DNA from: Planctomycetota bacterium
GTDB lineage: Bacteria; Planctomycetota; PLA2; JAEUHO01
NCBI GenBank assembly: GCA_965222115.1
Contig: CBDCTJ010000007.1
Coordinates: forward strand, 1,952,001-2,016,000
Direction: 5' to 3'
DNA: 64,000 nt
Shown here: one piece after another, positions 10,214 to 19,300 of the stretch
Layout: every line of letters starts with the position of its first letter
Numbering within the stretch: position 1 is the first letter of the stretch
The notes under the pieces: model-generated
Told to the model about the DNA's origin: nothing
Seen by the model: the letters and a program-made list of their open reading frames with translations, nothing else
Databases searched by the model: none
Made by a program: the position numbers and the translations under genes

Positions 10214-10265
10214 CGCTACTGAGCAGCGCTACTGAATACAAGCAACGGGCGTCGGCTTGGGTCCA

Positions 10266-10898
10266 CTACTGCCACGTATCGATGCGGGCTTCCAAGTGAG
10301 GTAGGGCCGTCGCCAAGCGTGTCTTGGCGCGGTGGAGCAATTGCCCCACACTCGATGCACTGATGTTCAATACACGCGCAATCGTCTTGTAGTCACAGCC
10401 ATCCAAGTAGCGCATGGTGAGTAGCAACCGATCCCGATCGGGCAACGCTTGCAGGCCCTCCCGGAGTTCCTGTAGTGCTCTGCGCTTGTCATCTTCACGC
10501 AGTAGACGATCCGCTCGGGTGTGGGTGGATACATCCGGTGCTTCAGACGCGCGCTCCAGGGGAAGCGGCGTTCGCCGGCGACGTCGGAGCCACCGAATCA
10601 CTTCGGTACGGATAATGACCCCCAGGTACGTCGAGAGTCGATACTCGGGTTTGTAGGCCTTGAGCAGTGCCCGTTCGCGGCGAACAAGTGCCAACAAAAC
10701 GTCGGCCACGATCTCGTCGGTGTCAACGTCGTCGGCCCGTCCGGAATAGTGTCGCAGCAAGCGGCGCACGAGGGCCCGCAGCAAAGCGCCATAGCGATCT
10801 AGAAAGAGCTCCCACGCACCGCGATCCCCCTCGGCGCACCGTCGCGCGAGCTCGGCTTCGGTTACGTCATCGTTCGACGGGGGGGTGGGCGGATTCAT
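10266..10898 (-). CDS. ECF RNA polymerase sigma-70 factor
   Basis: GDRGAWELFLDRYG (region 2); LQALPDRDRLLLTMRYLDGCDYKTIARVLNIS..SVGQLLHRAK (region 4). Confidence 0.92.
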   Translation of the reverse strand: MNPPTPPSNDDVTEAELARRCAEGDRGAWELFLDRYGALLRALVRRLLRHYSGRADDVDTDEIVADVLLALVRRERALLKAYKPEYRLSTYLGVIIRTEVIRWLRRRRRTPLPLERASEAPDVSTHTRADRLLREDDKRRALQELREGLQALPDRDRLLLTMRYLDGCDYKTIARVLNISASSVGQLLHRAKTRLATALPHLEARIDTWQ

Positions 10899-11089
10899 GA
10901 TTCTGTTAGGGAACACCACCCCCGGTGAGCAGGTTTTGTGCCGATGGATGGAGACGCGCTTTCATGTCCAGCCTACCTGGGTTCGTCTCGGCCTTCGGAA
11001 AGTCCGTTGCCGGTAGAACGTGGCCGCCTTACGCAAACAGGGGGCGCCACCATGCGTAGGATAGCCGTGCACGTAGTTTGGAGGACTCC

Positions 11090-11941
11090 ATGAAACGCGC
11101 CCGAGGTACGCCTGCCGTCGGACGGTTCAGCTCTCCCGCTGTTGGAAGCCCGGTAGCCGGCTCCCCTCAGGTCGAACTGCAGACTGGCGTCAAGCTGTCC
11201 GTCGAACTATCCGCAGAGGGATCCGTATTGTCTCCTTCGGGGACTTTGGCGGCCGGCTCGTTGAAGTCCGGCACGCCCGCCGGTCATTCCGCCACTGCCA
11301 ATGGCAAGCGCGCGGCTCGCCTCGCCAAGCGGCGTGAAGAGCAGGCGCGGGATGTCGTCATCGTGCGTGCCATTCTTGGGGGCGACCCCGAAGCGTTTCG
11401 GCAACTCGTCGATCGCTACCAGCAACCGCTCTTCTGGATCGCGCGCGACATCCTGTTGGATCGCGATGAGGCCTTGGATGTCGTGCAGGAGTGTTTCGTA
11501 CGCGTGCACGCGGCGCTCACGCGCTTCGATCAGAGTCGCAGCTTTAAGAATTGGATATTTCGCATCGCGCGCAACCTCGCCATCGACATGTATCGACGAC
11601 GTCGACGGCGGCCCGGATCGGTGGAAGACCCTGCGGTCTATCAGGACGTTGCACCCGAAGCGGAGCGATCGCAATTGGGGGGACCGAGTGATGGTCGAGC
11701 ATCGCTGACGGAGATCAAACAGCGTGTACGCGATGTAATGAATGCGCTCCCGCTTGAATACCGTCTCGCGTTGACGCTACGTGATTTTCACGGCCTTACG
11801 CCCCGCGAAGTCGCACGGGTTACCGATTGCAGCTATGCCACCGCGCGTTGGCGACTCCACCGCGCGCGCGCGTTGTTTCGCGCGTCTTGGCAAGATCGAT
11901 TTGGCCATGCGATACCCGCGCCTGCAGGAGGTGTGTCATGA
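11090..11941 (+). CDS. ECF RNA polymerase sigma-70 factor (SigE/SigW-like) with N-terminal extension
   Basis: GGAGGA RBS; GDPEAFRQLVDRYQ, DVVQECF, FKNWIFRIARNLAID, LPLEYRLALTLRDFHGL..REVA. Confidence 0.93.
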   Translation: MKRARGTPAVGRFSSPAVGSPVAGSPQVELQTGVKLSVELSAEGSVLSPSGTLAAGSLKSGTPAGHSATANGKRAARLAKRREEQARDVVIVRAILGGDPEAFRQLVDRYQQPLFWIARDILLDRDEALDVVQECFVRVHAALTRFDQSRSFKNWIFRIARNLAIDMYRRRRRRPGSVEDPAVYQDVAPEAERSQLGGPSDGRASLTEIKQRVRDVMNALPLEYRLALTLRDFHGLTPREVARVTDCSYATARWRLHRARALFRASWQDRFGHAIPAPAGGVS

Positions 11942-12927
11942 GTCCTATGCACCACAGGGATAGCATCCAAGACGAACGGGTTGTGATTGGCGAAGCAACC
12001 GGCGATGTGAACCATGAGGGCGTTGACCAGCAGGTTCGGGCACTTGTAAAGCGAGTAGAGCGCGCATTGGATCTTGGGCAAGACGTTTCGCCCGACGATG
12101 TGGATGCGTTACATACGCTTTCGCCCCTGCTTTGTAGGGCGCCGTCCACGCCGCGGCGCGCGCGGTTGCGTTCACGTTTGGCCGCGGTGGAAGCGCGGTT
12201 GGGGCTTAGGGCGCGCACCGAACCCGCGTCATCGTTTGAAGGTCTATATGAACGCGTGGCCACGCGTGTGGTGGAGGAGTCGGCCACAAGCGTGGATGCC
12301 GCGGGCGAAGCCGTGCGCTGGCGCCGCGCTGCGCTCTCAAACTCATTCTTGGATGCTCCGCGTGCGCTCATGTGGTGGCGCGTTGCGGCGTGCACCGCTG
12401 TGGCGTTGCTTGCGGTGGGGGCGTGGGCTTGGCAAGCGTCGAGCGATGGCGACTCACGCGCAACGATTGCGCGTGGGGATTCTGATGTTCTGCATCGAAG
12501 TCGCGTGATAGCCGACGACGATATGCGTCATGGCCTGCTGACCCTACACCCTTATGGCAACGACGCTGAAAACAACGGCGTCGAAGATTGGGCAGGAGAC
12601 GTAGAGCCTGTCACGGACCGGCCCTTGCTCGCGCGACCCGTTCGGTTCGGCGCGAATTCCAATCCGGATCCATCGGAAGGTATGTATTCAAGTGCACTCG
12701 TTAAATCGCGAAAAGACGGCGTAGAGGCACTTACAGGCCGCCAGATACGGTTTTCCAAACATCCCGGTTCGTCGTCCTACTCGGTGTGGATTGAATCCGA
12801 TGCGGGTGAGCCAGAGATCATGTTGTTTGTAGACCGCAATCAGACGATTCGCACTCGCGTGAGGTCACGTAGCGGTTCGCGCGCTGCCATCCATTCAAGT
12901 GGCGAGCGAACCGAAGATCGTAAGTAG
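11938..12927 (+). CDS. Putative membrane-bound anti-sigma factor
   Basis: ATGA overlap with the ECF stop; single TM (WWRVAACTAVALLAVGAWAW) mid-protein. Function inferred from position. Confidence 0.6.
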   Translation: MSPMHHRDSIQDERVVIGEATGDVNHEGVDQQVRALVKRVERALDLGQDVSPDDVDALHTLSPLLCRAPSTPRRARLRSRLAAVEARLGLRARTEPASSFEGLYERVATRVVEESATSVDAAGEAVRWRRAALSNSFLDAPRALMWWRVAACTAVALLAVGAWAWQASSDGDSRATIARGDSDVLHRSRVIADDDMRHGLLTLHPYGNDAENNGVEDWAGDVEPVTDRPLLARPVRFGANSNPDPSEGMYSSALVKSRKDGVEALTGRQIRFSKHPGSSSYSVWIESDAGEPEIMLFVDRNQTIRTRVRSRSGSRAAIHSSGERTEDRK

Positions 12928-12936
12928 CAGCGACTC

Positions 12937-14181
12937 ATGAATCCATCGTTTGCATCCATTTCGTCGTTGGCGTTTGTAGCTGGCGTGCTGGCCTTCATGG
13001 GTCCGGCCTATGCCGAGGAACAGGCGGCGCCTGCGTCGAAACAACGCGCCCCCGCCAAGCAAACGAGCCCATCCCCGTCCGCACCGTCTGCACCTACACC
13101 GGCTACATCTACACCCGTTTCGATCGATGTATTGAGGCGCGTAAAGCAAAGTACAGCGCGCGTTGTGTGGCGAGATCGTGTACGCCCCGCGGTGGTCACG
13201 CGGCGCAATGCAATCGCCATCGATGCCGATCAATACCTTTTGATGGCAGGTCCACCGCCGGAAGTTACGGCGGGCGCCATTACCGTGACGCACGCAAATG
13301 GACTATCGGGCCGTGCCAGGGTGATTGCAGGCGACACGGAAGCAGCGTTGACACTTTTGCGCCTACCGGGTCATGGACTACCTGCAGTTGCGCTTCGAAA
13401 CGAAACTTCGGCGACGCTGGCGCATCGAGGTGAGCGCGTTGCCATGGTAAATGCCGCTGGCGCGATTGCGCGCGGCGCGCTGCGATCGTTCGGCACGCGC
13501 GTCACGGTGCGTCGAGGGCGTTTCCGTAGCCAGTCGTTGGGACTGTTGGAAGCGGGGCTTGCCACCGTGGCGGATGACGTCGGCAGTCCGTTTGCGGACG
13601 TGAATGGACGGGTTATTGGATTGTTCTTGGCCCATCGCGTGGCCAATACGACGAGTCGTGAAAGGGGCGCAACGCGCACCGGTGTAACGCTTCGCCCGCA
13701 TGTCGTTTCGTCGTATGCGATTCCCGCATCGACGATTGCGGTGGTGTGGCCACTGCTTCGCGATCGCGGACGTGTACCGCGCGCCATACTTGGGTCTCAC
13801 GTGAAAGCCAGGCCCGCACCTGCCGAGTTGCGTGAGCATCTTTGTGCCGGTTGCCCATCCTTCGTGATTACTCAGGCTGCCACGATTGGGCTCGGCAACG
13901 ACGATGTGTTGCGCTCCAACGATGTCATTGTTTCGTTCAATGATCTTCGGTTGCCCGAGGGGGCTAGCTTGGACGAGGCACTGCTTCCCTATCGCCCTGG
14001 CGATTCGATTCGTGTGCGCGTGTTGCGCGGCGGAAAACCAACGGAAGTGGTCGTCAAGCTGAAAGAGCGCCGACAGACCGCCATTTCGATAGGCGGGGGC
14101 GGAATTCAGATTCGTCAGCAGGTTCGTTCGAAGGCTCGCTCCGGCGCTGCGGCAAGTACCGAATCGCCCGACGAGCGGTAG
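12937..14181 (+). CDS. Exported HtrA/DegS-like trypsin-fold + PDZ protein, catalytic triad degenerate
   Basis: Signal peptide; ARVIAGD..LTLLRL, GERVAMV, GSPFADVNGRVIGL; PDZ (NDVIVSFN..RPGDSIRVRVLRGG). Confidence 0.75.
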   Translation: MNPSFASISSLAFVAGVLAFMGPAYAEEQAAPASKQRAPAKQTSPSPSAPSAPTPATSTPVSIDVLRRVKQSTARVVWRDRVRPAVVTRRNAIAIDADQYLLMAGPPPEVTAGAITVTHANGLSGRARVIAGDTEAALTLLRLPGHGLPAVALRNETSATLAHRGERVAMVNAAGAIARGALRSFGTRVTVRRGRFRSQSLGLLEAGLATVADDVGSPFADVNGRVIGLFLAHRVANTTSRERGATRTGVTLRPHVVSSYAIPASTIAVVWPLLRDRGRVPRAILGSHVKARPAPAELREHLCAGCPSFVITQAATIGLGNDDVLRSNDVIVSFNDLRLPEGASLDEALLPYRPGDSIRVRVLRGGKPTEVVVKLKERRQTAISIGGGGIQIRQQVRSKARSGAAASTESPDER

Positions 14182-14308
14182 TATCAGGGTTGCCCAATAC
14201 GGGGACAATGAAGTGTTTTGTTTGTATTGAGCCAAGTATGGTCAAGGGGCCCTGAAATCCCCATTATTTAGCGTCCCACGTCGATCTCGGGCTGTCTATA
14301 CCCTCTCG

Positions 14309-16342
14309 ATGCCTACGGATCGACCCCAAGACTCCCGCTTTCCCCGCGATCCCCGCCTAATGGGTCGTGCCGGGGAGCCGCACGCAAGAGCCGACGACGC
14401 CAACAAATGGATCTTTGAGGCGAATGAATGCCTTGAGATTCCCGAGCAGCGTTCTTCGTGGCGAGATTCGTCTTCGCAGACTGGAGAAGACGTAGGAGTT
14501 GATCCGAGCCTCGTATCGACATTGCTAGCCGACGAGGCGCTTCGCCGGCTCGTGATCGAGGTGGCTCGCGTGGAATTGGAAGAGGAATATTCGGCCGGGT
14601 CCGATTCGGTGGCTCACGTTGGTGGTCCCACCGCCGATCGACTCGCAGAGAATGGACTCGCAAGCGTTGGTGCGGGGAGCCCTGGATTGGCGCCCACCAT
14701 TCGCCAGGCGGCCATTCGTGCCTTTAGTGAGTCGTTGGCTTTTGATGAGTCATCGAATGTTCTAAATGGTGCTGGCTCAAATGGTGTCTCGCCTTCGCTC
14801 AGGCTCGTAACAGTGTCCAATCGAAAGGCCGAGTCCAATCGAGAGGCCGATGAGAAGCAGTCGTCGGCTGCTGCTTCTGAACGTTCTGCGGGGAAGGCCA
14901 ACACGTCGTTTCCTTGGATCCGCATTGCGGCGTTGGTGTTGGTCGCCGTGGGTACCGCCGCGTTGTGGGTCGGGTCCACGCCCACGAAAGCCGAGGCGGG
15001 GTTGTCGCTCCAACGCATTGGTCGTCTCAGCCATCGTGGTGCGGTGTGGTCCCTTCCCAGCATTGAGCCCGCGCGCATTGCGCATAAGGGCGAGTCGTTT
15101 ACGCCTCGTGAAGATGAATGGGTGTCGGTCGGACTCACGCATGAGTCGATGGTGGTCGTCGGCACCGGCGATCGCGTGCGCGTCGTTCCCGCGGAGGAGG
15201 TTTTCGCTTCGTTTGATGTCGACTCGATTGAAGCCAATCGCCACACAAAAGCACTTGGCGCATCGATCCGTCCAGGTCAGGGCATGCTTCGCTTGGAAGC
15301 GGGCGAAGCACGTATTGCGTGCAAGCCCGGTGAACCGGTGGTGTTGGCCATAGGTACCGCTGGTGTGCTCGTCGTGGACTACGGCGCGGTCCATGTCGTC
15401 TTGGAGAGCGGGCTTGCGCATCCGATTGAGTCGGGACGATCGACGGCACGAATCGCAAGTGATGTGAGCGCGCCTCTCATTGCGCTCGCGCCTCGCAGTC
15501 GCGCCGAGTTTTATCCATCCGGCCGATCGAACACGGACTCGAGCACTGCATCGAGCGAGGTGTCGTCAACAAACGATGCAACATATGAGAGTTTTGTTTT
15601 GTGCGCCGGCGCGCGCGCATTGGTTGGCGACGGCTTTGTTGAGCCCGTAGGGGCGGCCGATCTTTCGCTGTTTCGTGAGCTTCGATTCTTCGGCGGTCAT
15701 GTGCCGCGTCCCTTGGCACAGCCACGTGTTCATCCGCGTCGATTCCGCGTGGGCGGTGTAGTGGCTCGCACGGGACGGCACGAAGTCTCTTTAGGCTATC
15801 GTCGATCGACGAAGCGCGATAGTGAGCGCAAGCAACCGGAAACCCATGCGGCCTATTACATTGCCCGACTCTCCTATCGGCCGCCGCCGGCATTGGCGGA
15901 TGCACAGTCGATTCGTGTAGAACTGCGGGCGCCGAAGGGCGCGGCCGCTTGGCTCTTGCGTGAGCCCATCGCGTTGAAAGACCTTCGCGTTCTCAAATCA
16001 CCGCCTGCGTCGGCGGTAGTGAACGATGCGAATACGGCGTCGCATGAACCGAGCACGGCTCATTTCGAGCTCGCGCTTCCCCGCGGTTGGTATGCCGCGC
16101 TGAACGGTCGCCCACTCGAAATTGCGCTCTGGTTGCCCGTGTCTCGGGCGGTGCAGAATCAAGGATCCGGTACGCCGTCGTCGCGACCGTCGCGTTTTGG
16201 TCGGCTCGGCGTCTTTGACGGCGTAACGTTTGTTCTTGAGGAAGGCGACGGCGTGTACGACACGCCGCGTAACGATTCAAATCCTTGCTCCATTCCTTCT
16301 GGAAATGAACCTGCTTCCACGACGAAGCGGAGGAATTCATGA
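14309..16342 (+). CDS. Single-pass membrane protein, FecR/anti-sigma-like
   Basis: TM WIRIAALVLVAVGTAALWV followed by a beta-rich region with LRLEAGEARI (FecR-like); ATGA overlap with the next gene. Confidence 0.5.
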   Translation: MPTDRPQDSRFPRDPRLMGRAGEPHARADDANKWIFEANECLEIPEQRSSWRDSSSQTGEDVGVDPSLVSTLLADEALRRLVIEVARVELEEEYSAGSDSVAHVGGPTADRLAENGLASVGAGSPGLAPTIRQAAIRAFSESLAFDESSNVLNGAGSNGVSPSLRLVTVSNRKAESNREADEKQSSAAASERSAGKANTSFPWIRIAALVLVAVGTAALWVGSTPTKAEAGLSLQRIGRLSHRGAVWSLPSIEPARIAHKGESFTPREDEWVSVGLTHESMVVVGTGDRVRVVPAEEVFASFDVDSIEANRHTKALGASIRPGQGMLRLEAGEARIACKPGEPVVLAIGTAGVLVVDYGAVHVVLESGLAHPIESGRSTARIASDVSAPLIALAPRSRAEFYPSGRSNTDSSTASSEVSSTNDATYESFVLCAGARALVGDGFVEPVGAADLSLFRELRFFGGHVPRPLAQPRVHPRRFRVGGVVARTGRHEVSLGYRRSTKRDSERKQPETHAAYYIARLSYRPPPALADAQSIRVELRAPKGAAAWLLREPIALKDLRVLKSPPASAVVNDANTASHEPSTAHFELALPRGWYAALNGRPLEIALWLPVSRAVQNQGSGTPSSRPSRFGRLGVFDGVTFVLEEGDGVYDTPRNDSNPCSIPSGNEPASTTKRRNS

Positions 16343-19300
16343 TGCAACGAAATCTTCGAACGCCTGCCGAACACGGCGTGGCCATGATCATCGTCATCTC
16401 CATTTTGGTGACCATGCTGCTCATTGCCGTGCCGTTTGCGATGAGCATGCGCCAAGGTGAAGAGCGCACCGAAGCCGTGGCCGCTAAGCATCGCGCCATT
16501 ACGGATGCTCAGGTGTTGAGCGATTTGGTGAAGGCGTTCTTGCAAGGGACGCGTCCCGAGCAAGAGGCCGCGCTGCGCACGCGTGGGGGCGGGGCGCTCG
16601 GCGTTGACGCCGATCCCAATGTGGACTCGCTTGCCGAGATTACGCCCGATGAGCGATTTCGTTCAAAGGCTGCGGAGATCATTACCGAGCAGTGGATCAC
16701 CGATCCCGCCATGGCGGCGCGCGCACAGAGTTTGAAGGCACGTGGGCTCTCGCCCCTTAACGATGATCGTGGTTCGATTTGGACCGTGCGTGTGCAAGAT
16801 GCACAGGCGCGCATCAATGTGAATAGCGGCGCCGTATGGTTGCTCGCCAATGTCATGGGTGCGGCCACACTCTCAGAAGATGTGGACGGCGGCGCCACCG
16901 ACATTCCCGTCAGCAACGTTGTGGCACCCCTCGCAGGGTTCCCCGGGTTCCCCAGAGAGAACGGCTTCATTCGCATTGGTCGTGAGGTCATTAGCTACGA
17001 ACAGTTCGATGGCTCGGCATTTCGCAATTGCACTCGAAGTGCACTGCAAGATTCACCGCTTGGCGACAATGGTACGGCCGAAGAGTACGAGCAGGGCACA
17101 CCGGTCATCGATTACGTGGCCTACAAAGTGGCGACCCATCTTTTTGCAAGCAAGCCTGGCGAAATCAACCGCTTCCGCACGGTGGAAGAACTCAAGAACA
17201 TCGCCACCTGGGGTGGTGGCGGCACCATGCTCTCCGATCGCCTTGAACAGTTGGAGCCATTCCTCACAGCCTTTAGCCGGCGGGAAACTGCCGGGGGCTG
17301 GATGGCGGAACAACTCGTCACCAATCAGTTGCCCGAGTCCCTGGAAACGGGTAGCGCCGATGTAGTGAAGGTGCGTGACCTCGTCAATCCCGCGGGGAAC
17401 TCGTGGTACGTAAATCCCGGTACGCCCGTACGCATTTCAAATGGCGTGCACACGGCCTACCAGATGGTCGCCAACTTGGGTGATCTAGACGGCCGTCAAC
17501 GAGGTCGCCAGTTCGCTTTGGCGGGTACGGTGGGCAGTCTCGGTGGTGACATCACCTTCGAAGGTGGCGAAACGCGCGTCGCTGCGTTTGCACCCTATCC
17601 CATCAACATCAATACGGCGTCGCGGGAAGTCCTGTATGCCGTCATGGCCAACGTGCAGCTATGGCGCGCGAAATCGGACGAACAGATTGTCACGCCCAAG
17701 TTGGCGTGGATGTTGGCGGAGATGATTGAGCGCGAGCGCAAGGGCGCATTGTCCGTCGATGCCGAGTCCGGCGAGCGCCGCAGTGGTCCGTTTCGCCATG
17801 CTGAGGATTTCGGCCGCTTTCTCGGCAAGCTTGTGGATGCGGGCACGCTCAAGCTCGCACAGCAAGCGGCGCTGTATTTGAACGCCACCAATCCACACTG
17901 CTCAGAACTGCGTTTTGGTACCGCGCCGTGGAACTATCGCACGTTGGATGTCTATCACGTGGAGACGCGTGTTGCGCTCAATAATCGCGTGGGTGAACAG
18001 ATTGCGGTTGCGGGCACGCGCGAAGTTGTTGAAATCGGTAGCGATAGCACCTGTGTATGGAGCATCGACTCGCAGAGTGAGTTCGAGCAGCGCTTGGAGC
18101 AGGGCCACGGCGCCAAGTGGACCACCACGTTTCCCTACAACGTGACGTTTAAAAATGAGGGATTGGCCCACATTCAGCCCGGGATTCGCGGGCCGCAGCA
18201 GTTTATTCGTGAGATTTATCCAAGCGACGACCGCGAGGAAGACCTCGGGGACGTTCGTATGGAGCCGGCGCGCATGCGTTTGCCCGGTGCGCAGGTCATC
18301 GACAACTTTGATTCGCGTTATTACGCCTACGGCCATTACACCGTGTACGACGGCGTCTATCGCAAGCGCACCAACCAGACGTTGATGGGTCGTCGCGACA
18401 AGGTCGTGCGTCCGTTCAAAATGTCGTTCTGGTGGCGCCCCTATTCCAGCGCCAACTGGACAGCGTTTGATTGCGCGCGCGAAAAGTTCGAAGATCGTTT
18501 TGCGATCTTTGTGACCGACAGCGAAAACGGTGGGCAAGAGCTGGTATTCCGTTGTTGCGCGAGCACGCTTGAGCAGCGCGGTGCGGAAGTCTATGTTCCC
18601 CTGGAGCGCATCGGCTACGAACCCGGTACGTGGTACCACATCGACGTGAGTTGCCGAGGGGAAGATCCCTCCACCATGCAACTGCTAGTTGATGGTGTGG
18701 ATGTTGGTATTCGCCGCTCGTTTACCTATTTGCGATCTTCGATTTCACAATCCGACGAGGAGATCGGCGTGGAGTCCACTGCGGGTTTCCCACCGCGCGG
18801 TGCACTGCGTATTGGCAACGAGATCATTGAGTACGATCTACTTGCAGGCGATACGGGATTTAGTGAGCTACTGCGCGGCGCACGCGGCACCACGGCGGGG
18901 GATTGGGCCGAGGGCACACCGGTGCACTTGCTTGGCTATTCACTGCCCATTACCGTGGATGTCATGAAGGGTGGCGCCACGCTCGAGGACGGGCTCGGCA
19001 AATGGCGCGCAGTTCGCATTGTGAGCGATGAAGACTCGTTGACGGTCAATGTGGGACCCAATGGCGACATGCCCATTGTGATTTTCGGGTATGCCCCCGA
19101 GAACACAGAGCCCACGCTTGAGATCACGGGTATGTGGAATTATGACGACACCGAGTGTACCGATGCGTTTCAGTCAGAAGGATTTGCGCTCCTCGGTTGC
19201 CCCAAGCCAACGTTTTCCGATGGTGTTAATGCAGAAGAAGAGCCGGAGGTCATTCTCGGTGGCCATGAGGTTGTCTACTACACGAAGAACGGGAACTCCT

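Noticed and set aside
10211-10235. AGCGCTACTGA duplicated between convergent genes (also at ~34725)
   Set aside because: Too short to distinguish from chance; no associated element.
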